A DNA stretch of 64,000 nucleotides from an uncultured Gammaproteobacteria bacterium (GCA_964627245.1 CAZVGS010000002.1:26923-90922); one strand, 5' to 3'; positions 27,980 through 38,774 are shown, counted from the stretch's first letter. Made by a program: numbers and translations. The notes: generated from the letters alone by a model not told the origin.

Positions 27980-30220
27980 ATGTTCACAAAAAAGAAGTAC
28001 TCAAAAGCTCAGCGTCAAGCTCATAAAATCCTTTATCCATTCAGGATGTTTGGTAAAGTAGTAAAGCATCCTTCAATTTTGTTTAGAAGTAAATTACTGC
28101 TTTTGAGCTATTTTATTCTCGCAGTCCCCGTTATTTTAATTGCATCAGCAATTATTCTTGTTTTGAAAGATATTCCAAAGGCAACTGTTATCGGAAGCAA
28201 TAATTTCCCGCAATCAAGCAAGATATACGCAAAAGACGGAACATTGCTTTACACAATCTATGCCGGGAGAAACCAATCCTTCGTGCCACTTTCTAAGATA
28301 CCTAAAGACTTGCAGGAAGCAACCATTGCTATTGAAGATAAAAATTTCTATAAGCATGGGGCAATTGACCTAAGAGGAATTGCAAGAGCAGCTTATGTTA
28401 CGCTCTCGGGTGAGTCATTGCAGGGTGGGTCGACCATAACCCAACAGCTTGTTAGAAACTCTCTTCTTACCCTTGAAAGGACTATCATAAGAAAAGTGAA
28501 AGAGGTGATTTTGTCATTCGTAGTTGAATTCATTTACTCAAAAGATAGAATTCTTGAGATGTATCTTAATCAGGTCTCTTATGGGGGAACAGCTTGGGGA
28601 GTAGAAGCGGCAAGCCAGATATATTTCGGAAAAGACGTTTCGGAGCTGACACTTTCAGAAAGCTCATTTTTAGCGGGTCTTCCGCAGGCGCCAAGCGTAT
28701 ATTCACCATTTGGATCTCATCCTGAGGAAGGAAAGAAAAGACAGCTAAGGGTACTTGCGGCGATGCAGGAGTCGGGGTATATAACTTCAGAAGAAAGAGA
28801 AAAAACCGCAAAAGAGAACTTGAAATTTAACCAAATTCAAACAAATATAATATCCCCTCATTTTGTCTTTTATGTCAAGGATCTTTTAGTACAGGAGTAC
28901 GGAGAAAAGATGGTAGAGCAGGGGGGATTATCGGTAATCACTTCTCTTGATCTTGACGTACAAAAAATTGCAGAAGACGCCATCGCATCAGAAGAGGCTA
29001 CAATCCGCGGTGATAACTGGTACAACGCAGCGGCAATGGTAACAAAACCCGGGACTGGAGAGATATTGGCGATGGTCGGAAGTAGAAATTATTTCGATAG
29101 TGAAAGGGATGGAAATGTAAATGTAACAATTGCCAACAGGCAGCCCGGTTCATCAATAAAGCCAATAAATTATGCAACAGGGCTTATAAAAGGGTATACT
29201 GCTGCAACTCCTTTCGTAGATGAGAAGAAGTGCTTTCCTAACCCTTCAGGAGCACCATATTGCCCTCAAAATTATGACCGGACCTACCACGGCGTACAGC
29301 AAATGAGGTATGCTTTGGCAAACTCATTTAATATTCCAGCTGTCAAAATGCTAAAGCTCAATGGTCTTGAGGCAATGATTGCAACGGCATCGGCAATGGG
29401 AATTACTTCATTCACTGATCCTGACAGATACGGTCTCTCTCTGACCCTTGGCGGTGGGGAAGTAACGATGGTTGAGATGGTGCAAGCTTACGGTGTTTTT
29501 GCAAATTCAGGGTATAAAATAAACCTACACCCCATACTTAAGGTTTCTGATGCCAAAGGTAAAGTATTGAGCCAATACAAACCGGTAGAAAGCCCGCTTT
29601 TGGGAGAAAAGGTTTTACCCGAAGGAGTTGCCTATATCATCTCAAATATTCTGTCTGATAACGGGGCCAGAACACCGTCATTTGGCAGTAATTCTCCGCT
29701 TTTCATAAGAGGATACAATGTGGCGGTCAAGACAGGAACTACAAATGATTACCGTGATAATTGGACAATAGGATATACTCCATCTTACGTTGTTGCCACT
29801 TGGGTTGGGAACAATGACAACACTCCCCTCCAAGGGGTAGTTTCAGGTGTAACAGGTGCGGCTCCAATTTGGAATCAGGTAATGGAAAAGCTTATCACAG
29901 ATAAGCCTGCTGAGAGCTTTTCAAGACCTGATAGTGTTGTCGGAGCAAATGTATGTGCCACTTCCGGACTCTTACCTCAACCGGCAGGATCACCCTATGT
30001 TTGTCCGACAAGGTATGAATACTTTATAAAAGGGACAGTCCCTAACAAGGTAGACCCGCCTACCAGAAAAATATTTATTGATAAAGCGACAGGACAAATA
30101 GCCCCTGAAGGGAAAACAGACAATGTTGAAGAGCGGGACGTGGCTATAACAACCGACCCATTGGGTGATTCTTACTGCACAACATGCCCGAGACAAGAAA
30201 CACCCACCCCTACGCCTTAA
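27980..30220 (+). CDS. class A penicillin-binding protein (PBP1A family)
   Basis: EDKNF, GGSTITQQL, SSIK, SFN, KTGT. Confidence 0.95.
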   Translation: MFTKKKYSKAQRQAHKILYPFRMFGKVVKHPSILFRSKLLLLSYFILAVPVILIASAIILVLKDIPKATVIGSNNFPQSSKIYAKDGTLLYTIYAGRNQSFVPLSKIPKDLQEATIAIEDKNFYKHGAIDLRGIARAAYVTLSGESLQGGSTITQQLVRNSLLTLERTIIRKVKEVILSFVVEFIYSKDRILEMYLNQVSYGGTAWGVEAASQIYFGKDVSELTLSESSFLAGLPQAPSVYSPFGSHPEEGKKRQLRVLAAMQESGYITSEEREKTAKENLKFNQIQTNIISPHFVFYVKDLLVQEYGEKMVEQGGLSVITSLDLDVQKIAEDAIASEEATIRGDNWYNAAAMVTKPGTGEILAMVGSRNYFDSERDGNVNVTIANRQPGSSIKPINYATGLIKGYTAATPFVDEKKCFPNPSGAPYCPQNYDRTYHGVQQMRYALANSFNIPAVKMLKLNGLEAMIATASAMGITSFTDPDRYGLSLTLGGGEVTMVEMVQAYGVFANSGYKINLHPILKVSDAKGKVLSQYKPVESPLLGEKVLPEGVAYIISNILSDNGARTPSFGSNSPLFIRGYNVAVKTGTTNDYRDNWTIGYTPSYVVATWVGNNDNTPLQGVVSGVTGAAPIWNQVMEKLITDKPAESFSRPDSVVGANVCATSGLLPQPAGSPYVCPTRYEYFIKGTVPNKVDPPTRKIFIDKATGQIAPEGKTDNVEERDVAITTDPLGDSYCTTCPRQETPTPTP

Positions 30221-31445
30221 AGCTCGCTATCTTCGAATAGCAAAGACCCAACACTATTCCAAGCAATAACTGACCCTGCTGAAGGGTCAGCAGGTAATGA
30301 TCAAAAACTCCAACTGTAAATACACTCAAGAAAAAAACTAAGAGAAGTAAATTGTGTCTTACTTCAACAATAATGTTTTTTATAAACGCCAGTGCGATAA
30401 TAAAACCGGCAATTCCAAGTTGAACTAATACCAGTAGATAAATGTTATGAACAGGCTGAAGAAGGGTGGGGGAAACATTTTTTTGAAATTCTATTTCGTA
30501 ATAGAAGAAGTTATTCAAACCAACGCCAATGATGGGATTTATTAGAAATATTTCCCAAGATATTTTTATAAGATCCATCCTCAGCAAAAGATCAGTTACG
30601 TAACCTGGTCCAAATCTAATAAGCGAAAAAAATATAAATACAATAATAATGATTAACCAAGCAAAGGCTCTTTTCATACTTAATCCAAAATTTTTAATAA
30701 CATAATTTGACCAAATAAAAATAGTAAGAATAAGAAGAATAGAAACAACTCTTGAAAAGGTTATTAATACTCCCAAGAAAAGAATTGCAAGAATACAAAA
30801 TCTAAAATACAACTGATAGTGCTTCTTAAAATCTAAGGAGAAAAGAATGACACTAAATCCGAATAAGAGATAAAAAGATGCTACGTTAGGGTGGGGAAAA
30901 GTGCCATAAGGTCTTAAAAGTAAAGTTTCGTTGAAAGGAAAAAGTGCAATTCCGGGAGTAGATACACTAAAAGTCCGCTCTCCCAAATAATAAAAAGGCC
31001 CGCCAAGGGATGCTTGCGATAGGAATTGAAATAGTAAGATAACGCTTTCGCATATTCCTCCCAGCGTTAGCGCGACAATTAAAAAATACTTATCATCCTT
31101 TATATTTTGGGCAACGTAAAACGCAAAGTAGATTATTTTTAGAAAAGTCAGTATCCCATAAAACGCTGCAATCGGAGACATGGCTTGTATGGCAGAGACA
31201 ATAGATACTAGAAGAAGAATAATAGTAATTCGTTTTTTTAGTACCTGAAATAGCTTTTTATACAACCTTTTCAAGGAAATAATCAAAAGCAAAAACAGAA
31301 ATATATCACTTAAGTAGAGGGTTGGAGAAAGATAATCTACCCTTATACCTTGTACATATGCAAAATTCGGCCAGAAGTGCTTGCCTAATTGTATTGGAAT
31401 TGCTGTGAGCAGGAGGAAAAAAATTATCCGCTCTAGTTGTCTCAC
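30210..31445 (-). CDS. O-antigen ligase / Wzy_C family protein
   Basis: Multi-TM; RPYGTFPHPN, TFSR, GVG, PVHN. Confidence 0.88.
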   Translation of the reverse strand: MRQLERIIFFLLLTAIPIQLGKHFWPNFAYVQGIRVDYLSPTLYLSDIFLFLLLIISLKRLYKKLFQVLKKRITIILLLVSIVSAIQAMSPIAAFYGILTFLKIIYFAFYVAQNIKDDKYFLIVALTLGGICESVILLFQFLSQASLGGPFYYLGERTFSVSTPGIALFPFNETLLLRPYGTFPHPNVASFYLLFGFSVILFSLDFKKHYQLYFRFCILAILFLGVLITFSRVVSILLILTIFIWSNYVIKNFGLSMKRAFAWLIIIIVFIFFSLIRFGPGYVTDLLLRMDLIKISWEIFLINPIIGVGLNNFFYYEIEFQKNVSPTLLQPVHNIYLLVLVQLGIAGFIIALAFIKNIIVEVRHNLLLLVFFLSVFTVGVFDHYLLTLQQGQLLLGIVLGLCYSKIASFKA

Positions 31446-31894
31446 TTACGCTTAATTATAAGAGTCCTGTCGCGATCTTCGCCTATCGATTCTGTCGTAA
31501 CCATGTCATCCTTTTCAAGATACAAATGGACATAGCGTCGTTCCCATGGCTTTAACCCTCTTACCTGCTTTTCATATCCGGCCGTTACAACCTCTTCTTT
31601 TAATTTATCGGCTAAATTTTCAAGATATTTTTCACGTTCTGCTCTATAACTTCCCACTTCAACAGTTACTCTTCTAAATTCACCCAATTTATTCGAAATG
31701 ATTAGGGTTAAAATCAACTCAAATGAAGAAAGCGTATTTCCGTGTTTTCCTATAAGAAGAGCGTTATCTTCCCCTGCATCAAAAGTCGCTGTAAACCCCT
31801 CGTCGGTTGTATCAACATTGACATCCGCTTTTATCCCTATTTTTAGAAGTAGTGCTTCTGCTTCTTCTTTTATTACCTTACTTTCTTTTTCCAT
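31442..31894 (-). CDS. jag: KH and R3H RNA-binding protein Jag/KhpB (short form)
   Basis: LIGKHG KH motif, ERRYVH R3H motif; follows yidC. Confidence 0.9.
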   Translation of the reverse strand: MEKESKVIKEEAEALLLKIGIKADVNVDTTDEGFTATFDAGEDNALLIGKHGNTLSSFELILTLIISNKLGEFRRVTVEVGSYRAEREKYLENLADKLKEEVVTAGYEKQVRGLKPWERRYVHLYLEKDDMVTTESIGEDRDRTLIIKRK

Positions 31895-32693
31895 AGTTTT
31901 TTTCATAATAGGCTTGCCATTGCTTAAGTCCTCCAAGACCTACTAAAAAGTACTGCTGAAGTATACCAAATACTGTGAATGCATTCCAGTACAAAGACAG
32001 TCCAAAAGGAAGCTGGAAGGAAAAGACTCCAATCATAACGGGGAAAATAAATAATGACTGCTTAGCAAAGGTCGCCTGGAAATCGTCTTGTTTTGCCTTA
32101 TGTGCCCTTTCAGGAGCCATCATCTTGGAAAAAATTAGCTGTAGAACGCCTGTCAAAACAGGAACAAGTATTATCAAAGGATTTTGCTGCATAAGGGATG
32201 CAGGAGATTGAGCAAGCGGAATGCCAAAAAATGTAGTTTCCCAAAGCCTGTTGAGTTTTAGTCCTTCAAAATAAATAAGATGGTTTATTTCCTTAAGCTT
32301 CTCTAGGGAATTGGCCGAGACTGCGGTGCTCAAAACGTGATATAATCCCCATATTATCGGAATTTGAGCGATCACGGGGAGACATCCTGCAGCAGGATTT
32401 ACACCAAACTTAGCATACAGCTTCATCATTTCTTCCTGTTGTTTTTTCTTATCATCCTTGTGCTTTTCCTTAAGATTTGAGATGTGAGGAGCCATGTCCA
32501 GCATTTTTTTACTCATCTTAATTTGTGAAGCGGTTAATGGGAAAAGAATAACTCTTATTGCAAATGTCAGAATAATAATTGAAAAACCCAATGCATAAGG
32601 GATATGCAATAAACTCAACAACTGATAAAAACCTACCAAAAGGTTTGTTATTGGCTGATTGATAATAAGGTTGAATATGTCAAAAATGTTCAT
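31878..32693 (-). CDS. yidC: membrane protein insertase YidC
   Basis: GCLP...QIPI, GLSLYW. Confidence 0.95.
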   Translation of the reverse strand: MNIFDIFNLIINQPITNLLVGFYQLLSLLHIPYALGFSIIILTFAIRVILFPLTASQIKMSKKMLDMAPHISNLKEKHKDDKKKQQEEMMKLYAKFGVNPAAGCLPVIAQIPIIWGLYHVLSTAVSANSLEKLKEINHLIYFEGLKLNRLWETTFFGIPLAQSPASLMQQNPLIILVPVLTGVLQLIFSKMMAPERAHKAKQDDFQATFAKQSLFIFPVMIGVFSFQLPFGLSLYWNAFTVFGILQQYFLVGLGGLKQWQAYYEKNYGKRK

Positions 32694-33013
32694 TATTTTA
32701 TATTTAGCTTGTCAAATACCTGCTGCAAATCCTTATATACTGATTCAGACTCTTCGGTCTTGACTTGTTTTTTTGCGTAAATAACTAACCTAAAATTCGC
32801 GTCGGTTGAAACAGACTTTTTTACAAAAGCTACAATTTTTCTTTTTATCTTGTTTCTAAGGGTTGCCCTTTTATCTACTTTCTTGCCGACGACTACTGCA
32901 ACCTCCAATCCGTTTTCCGCATTATTATCGTATCTAATAGCAAAAAATGGCGTCTGGAAATATTTTTTTGGAACGCCTTTTCTAAAAGAGAATCTATTTT
33001 GTCTTCCAAACAT
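32693..33013 (-). CDS. rnpA: ribonuclease P protein component
   Basis: KKVDKRATLRNKIKR RNR motif; sits between rpmH and yidC. Confidence 0.93.
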   Translation of the reverse strand: MFGRQNRFSFRKGVPKKYFQTPFFAIRYDNNAENGLEVAVVVGKKVDKRATLRNKIKRKIVAFVKKSVSTDANFRLVIYAKKQVKTEESESVYKDLQQVFDKLNIK

Positions 33014-33144
33014 TAAACCGACTTTCTTCCCTTTTTAACTCTTCGCTTTATAACTTTTTTACCAGACGCGGTTTTTAGTCTACCCAAAAAACCGTGCTTT
33101 TTAGCCCCCTTCTTTTTATTGTTTTTGGTAAGCAATTCTGTCAT
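33013..33144 (-). CDS. rpmH: 50S ribosomal protein L34 (43 aa, not in ORF track)
   Basis: MTELLTKNNKKKGAKKHGFLGRLKTASGKKVIKRRVKKGRKSV, with the HGF..R...G motif. Confidence 0.92.
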   Translation of the reverse strand: MTELLTKNNKKKGAKKHGFLGRLKTASGKKVIKRRVKKGRKSV

Positions 33145-33156
33145 AAGGTCTAATTA

Positions 33157-33201
33157 TAGCTGATAAGCTTCAAAAAGGAAACACTCAAAGCTTATCAGCT
33201 A
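33157..33201. repeat. perfect 14-bp inverted repeat in the rpmH/gap divergent promoter
   Basis: TAGCTGATAAGCTT-17 nt-AAGCTTATCAGCTA. Confidence 0.8.
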
Positions 33202-33280
33202 AATGTGTATTTTTAGCAAAATATAGTTGCGCGGCTATTTGTGTATTGAATTCCCTCTGATTTTCTTCTACGATTAGTAC

Positions 33281-34366
33281 ATGGTGCGTGTTGCAATTAA
33301 TGGGTATGGCAGAATCGGCCGTATTGCTCATAGGATAATTATTGAAAAATTTTCAGATCAAATCGAGGTAGTTGCTGTCAATGCTGGCTCTTCAACCGAC
33401 ATGGAAGGATGGAAACTTCTTCTACAATACGATACGAATTACGGACCGCTCAAGCATCACTCACTATTCGTTCAAAAACCTGAGGAAGCAGAGAATGATA
33501 CGGCACTTGCAACAATTGGAAGCCTTATAATTGATGATAAAGTAATTCCATTTTATTCTGAAAAGGATCCTACAAAACTTCCCTGGGGAGAATTGAACGT
33601 TGATGTTGTTATAGAGTCCACAGGGGCTTTCACAACACAGGAAAAAATTCAGCCTCACTTGGACAGCGGAGCAAAATCAGTTATTTTATCTGCACCCTTC
33701 AAGGATGAGAATAGCAGTTCGACTTATGTTCTTGGAGTCAATCTTAATGAAGATGAGGGAGATAAACTTGAAAATATAATCAGTAACGCCTCATGTACAA
33801 CAAATTGCATAGCGCCGGTTGCAGCAATTTTACAAAATACATTCGGTATAGAAAAAGCTATGATGACAACGATACATTCATACACTTCAGACCAAAGCAT
33901 TCAGGATGGCGGCCACAAAGATTATAGAAGGGCTCGCGCAGCCGCTCAAAACATCATTCCCACATCCTCAGGAGCCACTATTGCTGCTGCAAAGGCTATC
34001 CCCGAGCTTCAAGGTATATTTAATGGACTTGCTATACGTGTTCCAACAGCAGTCGGATCTCTATCGGATTTTACATTTTTACTTAAGAGAGAGACTACCG
34101 TTGAAGAAGTAAATAATGTTCTAAAACAGGCATCGGAAGACGTAAGGTGGAAGGGAATTTTTACCGTTACAAATGACCCTATTGTCTCATCAGACATAAT
34201 AGGCGACCCTCATTCCTCTATAGCCGATCTCTCTCTTACCCAAGTTGTTGGAGGAAATATGGTAAAAGTGATTGCATGGTATGATAATGAGTACGGCTAT
34301 TCCAATAGACTGATTGAAGAAACTCTCATTCTTGGAAGAAAAGCTCAATCTGCTCCACAACAATAA
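33281..34366 (+). CDS. gap: type I glyceraldehyde-3-phosphate dehydrogenase
   Basis: INGYGRIGR, SNASCTTNC, WYDNE. Confidence 0.98.
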   Translation: MVRVAINGYGRIGRIAHRIIIEKFSDQIEVVAVNAGSSTDMEGWKLLLQYDTNYGPLKHHSLFVQKPEEAENDTALATIGSLIIDDKVIPFYSEKDPTKLPWGELNVDVVIESTGAFTTQEKIQPHLDSGAKSVILSAPFKDENSSSTYVLGVNLNEDEGDKLENIISNASCTTNCIAPVAAILQNTFGIEKAMMTTIHSYTSDQSIQDGGHKDYRRARAAAQNIIPTSSGATIAAAKAIPELQGIFNGLAIRVPTAVGSLSDFTFLLKRETTVEEVNNVLKQASEDVRWKGIFTVTNDPIVSSDIIGDPHSSIADLSLTQVVGGNMVKVIAWYDNEYGYSNRLIEETLILGRKAQSAPQQ

Positions 34367-34368
34367 AA

Positions 34369-34938
34369 ATGGATCCCAGAGACCTAGGCAATATTCGCAA
34401 TATTACCGTTTCAGGAAGAATAGGAAGCGGTGCAACTACATTGGCGCAAAACCTGGCTGATTTTTTGTACTGGGACGTTTTAGATGGAGGCAAAATATTT
34501 AGACAATTGACAAACGACCATGGATTTGCCGGAAATAGGGATGACAAATTTGATCTTGAATATGAGGAAAAGGTTAAAAAAATTCTAAGAGAAGAGTCTC
34601 ACCATGTAATCCAGAGCCATCTGGCAGGATTTGATGCACAAGAAATTAGTGGAATTTTTAAGATATTTGTTGTGTGTGAAGATAAGAATGGGAAAGACAA
34701 GGCTGATGTCAGAATCGATAGGCTGGTCAACAGGGATGAAGTGACTGTTGATCAAGCAAAACACGAGCTAAAAGAGCGGGATAGGCAAAATCTTGACAAA
34801 TGGAGGAGGCTATACGCTAATAATGATCCCAATTGGGTTTATTGGGATAAGAAATACTACGACCTTATTATTAACACTTTTCAACTCAACAAGATTGACG
34901 CATTTGAAGCAGTACTAAAGAAACTCGGCCTAAAATGA
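34369..34938 (+). CDS. cytidylate kinase-like protein (archaeal Cmk type)
   Basis: ITVSGRIGSGATT, GKIFR, YDLIINT. Confidence 0.75.
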   Translation: MDPRDLGNIRNITVSGRIGSGATTLAQNLADFLYWDVLDGGKIFRQLTNDHGFAGNRDDKFDLEYEEKVKKILREESHHVIQSHLAGFDAQEISGIFKIFVVCEDKNGKDKADVRIDRLVNRDEVTVDQAKHELKERDRQNLDKWRRLYANNDPNWVYWDKKYYDLIINTFQLNKIDAFEAVLKKLGLK

Positions 34939-35295
34939 ACTGACATTTTCTATTTGTTCGATAGAAATAATTTCATCCCCCTTAACCATTATCCCAATAG
35001 CGTCAATTCTAAGGTCGTCAGGAAGCTCGGGATGCAATATATACTTATAATACTTTGCGCCTGCTAACAGTTTTTTTAACTTCCTGGAAGAAATTGCTTC
35101 AAATGGAGTACCAAATCTTTCGGATGACCTAGTCTTTACCTCGACAAAAACCAGAGTGTTTTCTTGGATTGCAACAATATCTATTTCTCCATAACCCTTC
35201 CTGAAATTACGCTCTATAATCTCGTATCCTTTCTTTTCAAGATATCTGCATGCTGCATTTTCTCCCAAAACAGCCGTTGGATTTACTATCCTCAT
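34930..35295 (-). CDS. yraN: YraN family protein
   Basis: GE..A..YL, RNFR...GEIDIV, FVEVKTR. Confidence 0.93.
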   Translation of the reverse strand: MRIVNPTAVLGENAACRYLEKKGYEIIERNFRKGYGEIDIVAIQENTLVFVEVKTRSSERFGTPFEAISSRKLKKLLAGAKYYKYILHPELPDDLRIDAIGIMVKGDEIISIEQIENVSSF

Positions 35296-35337
35296 ATTTA
35301 ATTCTACAAACTAAAAGCTAAAAACCTCAAGCTTAAT

Positions 35338-37662
35338 TTATTGTTGTTGAAATGTAGGGGTCGGAATTCTGTATCGGCAAAATTCTTTAGTCTCAGTACC
35401 GGATATAAAAAATGCAGTGTACCCGTAACAAGGCTTTGAAACTATATTCAAAGGAACGTATTCTTCAGCAGGTTCTGTCGTTGCAATAAGGTTGTTCATA
35501 ATTCTGCTCCACACAGGAGCTGCCCCTGTTATTCCGGAAGATAAGGCTTGTGAGAGGGGAGTATTGTCATTATTACCAACCCACGTCGCAACTAGTAAAT
35601 TTGGGGTGTATCCGATCGTCCAGTTGTCTCTTTTGTTATCCGTCGTTCCTGTCTTAACAGAGACTTTGCGCTCAGGAATTGACAATGGCGAATTTGGTCC
35701 GAAGCTTAGACTTCTAGCCTTATTATCTGCCAGAATATCAGAGACTATATAAGCAACACCTTCATCCAAAACTTCTTCTTCCTTTGGGTTTTTTTCATAA
35801 AGTATTTTACCCTCAGAATCTGTAACCTTGAGAATAGGATCTATCTCAACTCTTACTCCTCTGTTGGCAACCGTTCCATAAACCGTTGCCAGGTCGGTCA
35901 TACTAACCTCTGCTGCACCCAATGTGATTGAAACTCCATATCTTTCAGTTTCATTCCATGATGTTATTCCCATCTTCTTTCCAAAATCTACAATTTGCTC
36001 AACACCGAATTTCTGCGCCACACGCACTGCTGGCACATTATATGAATTAGCAAATGCAATTCTTAATGGAACTTTCCCATGATACTTCCCGTCATAATTA
36101 ACAGGTGAGTACGAAGGCGCTCCAGGATTTCTAATTGTTAACGGCGTATCATCAAGCATGGTTGCTTCAGTCATGCCGCTTGAGAGAGCCAGTGAGTAGG
36201 TAATAATTTTTATTGTTGACCCTGGCTGCCTAAGACTGGTTACAACGTTAACGTTCCCGTCGTGTTCCAGATCAAAGTAATCACGGCTTCCAACCATTGC
36301 TAAAATGTCACCATTTTGAGGATTTGTGACAAGAGCAGCACCATTCCCGACACCAAGATTTCCAGCTTTATCCACCTCATCAGAAACTATCTCTTCAGAA
36401 ATCTTCTGTGTATTTGCATCAAGGCTTGTTGTAACCTGCAGACCACCCCTTTCAACCTCTAAAAGACCGTACTTTTTTATCAAGAGATCTTTTATATACA
36501 TTACAAAATGAGGTGCTTGAATCGGAACCTGAGGAGAATCAAACTTAAGCTCTTCAAGATATGCCTGATTTGCTACATTTTGAGATATAAAACCTTGGGT
36601 AACCATAGCATTCAAAACATCTCTTTGCCTTGCTTTGCCTTTATCTCCACCATTCATGAAAGGCGAGTATCTTGAGGGTGCTTGCGGAAGGCCGGCAAGG
36701 TATGCACTTTCGGAAAGACTTAGTTCTGAAACGCTTTTTCCAAAATATATTTGACTCGCGGCTTCAATTCCCCAGGCTGTTCCACCATAAGGAACGTAAT
36801 TAAAGTAAAGCTCAAGTATTTCATTTTTTGTGTATTTTTGCTCTGCCCAAAATGCCAGAACAATTTCCTTTGCCTTCCTTGAAATTGTAGGCTCAGGCGT
36901 TAAAAGAGCTGATTTTACTAGCTGCTGGGTAATCGTTGATCCTCCCTGAAAGTCTTTTCCAGTAACATCAACATAAATTGCTCTTGCAATACCTTTTATA
37001 TCAAATCCGCTATGTCTATAAAAATCTTTATCTTCAATTGCAATCGTTGCCTCTACAAGATATCTTGGGATTTTATCAAGAGCAACAATCGTTCTGTTTT
37101 GATTGGCATATATCTCAAATAGTAAGGTTCCGTTTCTATCAAAAATTTTTGTAGTTTTAGCAATATAATTCAACGAGAGGCTCGATAGCTTCGGCAGGTC
37201 TGAAATAAAAATTAGGAGCGTCGCAGGTATAAAAAAGAAAACAAGAGCAAAAATCATTCCGATAAAGATATACTTAACTTTGTAAAAAATTGTGGTGTTT
37301 ACTGGTTTCTCCTCCTTTTTCTTTTTCTTATTTTTATTATTTCGGAAAATTGATAGAAAAAATGCAACTGGGGAAAATATAACTAGGGTAATTTTCAATA
37401 TTATCCTGCTTGTGTGTCTAACAATACCTAAGATAATACTGCCTAACTTTATCGTTATGTTCGAAAATAAATCGAAGAAACTTAAGTTATTTCGTCTTAT
37501 AGTTTTTGCGCTACTTTTGCTTTTTTCCTTTTTTAGATTTGCCCAAGTTCTACTCAACAACTGCAATAAAAAGGGCGGGAATATCAAAACGCGGTACGCA
37601 ACATCGCCTAATTTGATGAGGGCAAATATAAATAGATAGAATAAAAAGATCAGAAAAGACAT
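35338..37662 (-). CDS. second class A penicillin-binding protein
   Basis: EDKDF, GGSTITQQL, STIK, SYN, KTGT. Confidence 0.95.
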   Translation of the reverse strand: MSFLIFLFYLFIFALIKLGDVAYRVLIFPPFLLQLLSRTWANLKKEKSKSSAKTIRRNNLSFFDLFSNITIKLGSIILGIVRHTSRIILKITLVIFSPVAFFLSIFRNNKNKKKKKEEKPVNTTIFYKVKYIFIGMIFALVFFFIPATLLIFISDLPKLSSLSLNYIAKTTKIFDRNGTLLFEIYANQNRTIVALDKIPRYLVEATIAIEDKDFYRHSGFDIKGIARAIYVDVTGKDFQGGSTITQQLVKSALLTPEPTISRKAKEIVLAFWAEQKYTKNEILELYFNYVPYGGTAWGIEAASQIYFGKSVSELSLSESAYLAGLPQAPSRYSPFMNGGDKGKARQRDVLNAMVTQGFISQNVANQAYLEELKFDSPQVPIQAPHFVMYIKDLLIKKYGLLEVERGGLQVTTSLDANTQKISEEIVSDEVDKAGNLGVGNGAALVTNPQNGDILAMVGSRDYFDLEHDGNVNVVTSLRQPGSTIKIITYSLALSSGMTEATMLDDTPLTIRNPGAPSYSPVNYDGKYHGKVPLRIAFANSYNVPAVRVAQKFGVEQIVDFGKKMGITSWNETERYGVSITLGAAEVSMTDLATVYGTVANRGVRVEIDPILKVTDSEGKILYEKNPKEEEVLDEGVAYIVSDILADNKARSLSFGPNSPLSIPERKVSVKTGTTDNKRDNWTIGYTPNLLVATWVGNNDNTPLSQALSSGITGAAPVWSRIMNNLIATTEPAEEYVPLNIVSKPCYGYTAFFISGTETKEFCRYRIPTPTFQQQ

Positions 37663-37796
37663 AGAGCCTCCTAGATTTTGTGATAAATTCTAACAGAGGG
37701 CAGTAAAATCTGTTTGTCTAATAGTAGTATAGTAATTTAGTCCCCAGTTATCAACAGGTAATTTGCTTTAGTCTTAATATGTAATACAATGATTTT

Positions 37797-38774
37797 ATGC
37801 ACGCTTTAGTGGTTGGATCTTCTCTTTTTGACGCTATTATCTCGCTTGAAAATAATCCCCACTTAAAAATAGAGAATAATACCGCAAGCTTTTCTCTTGG
37901 AGATAAAATTCCGGTCGATATCAAATCTTTTTCAATAGGCGGCAACGGCGCTAATGTCGTGTCTGCCCTCAAAAGGCTTGAGATACCAAGTGCATTTTAT
38001 ACATACATTGGACAGGATGCCTTGTCCCAATTCATAGCGAAAAAACTAGCTGATGAGGGCATAACCGTTTATCAAGAAGCCGTAGACTCGAAAGACGGTC
38101 CTTTGTCGTTAATATTTGATTTTGAACAAGACAGAACTATTTTTTCCCATCACCCTGAATTTGATCACGTTTTTGATGAAACAAAAGTATCTCAACAACC
38201 CGACATGATCTTCTTAACTTCTATAGGCAAACGGTGGGAAGGTGCTTACGAACAACTGCTTGGATATGCATCAACTAACTCGATTCCAGTTGCTTTTTCA
38301 CCAGGTTCTGCTCAGATGAAAGATATAAATGAAACATTTATAAAAGCGGTCCACCAGTCAAAGATGCTTTTTTGCAACATGGAAGAGGCAAGAATTATCG
38401 GAGAAAAGCTTTCAGGAGAAGAGATTGAAGATGTAAAAGACTTTTTATTAAACCTCAAGACTTATGGATTTGACCTTCTCTCAATAACAGACGGCGCAAA
38501 CGGCTCGTATGCAGTCGACAAAGAAGACAAGGTTTATAAAATTGGCACCCTTACACCAGACGGTCATGAAAAAACAGGTGCAGGAGACGCATATGCAGGA
38601 GCTTTTTTTGCATCCATAATGCAAGGCTATGATGTATATGAGTGCATGAAAAGAGGAGTATTAAATTCCGTTGGGGTAATGTCTCGCGTTGGAGCCCATA
38701 CCGGACAACTAACGCTTGAGGAGATGGAGAGAAAATCAGCCGAAACAGAGCTTCGCGCAGAAATTATTGAATGA
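37797..38774 (+). CDS. PfkB family carbohydrate kinase
   Basis: GGNGAN and TGAGDAY motifs. Confidence 0.92.
   Translation: MHALVVGSSLFDAIISLENNPHLKIENNTASFSLGDKIPVDIKSFSIGGNGANVVSALKRLEIPSAFYTYIGQDALSQFIAKKLADEGITVYQEAVDSKDGPLSLIFDFEQDRTIFSHHPEFDHVFDETKVSQQPDMIFLTSIGKRWEGAYEQLLGYASTNSIPVAFSPGSAQMKDINETFIKAVHQSKMLFCNMEEARIIGEKLSGEEIEDVKDFLLNLKTYGFDLLSITDGANGSYAVDKEDKVYKIGTLTPDGHEKTGAGDAYAGAFFASIMQGYDVYECMKRGVLNSVGVMSRVGAHTGQLTLEEMERKSAETELRAEIIE

Noticed and set aside
37748-37756. DnaA box-like TTATCAACA suggesting oriC
   Set aside because: A single imperfect box, with no cluster and no dnaA in the window.
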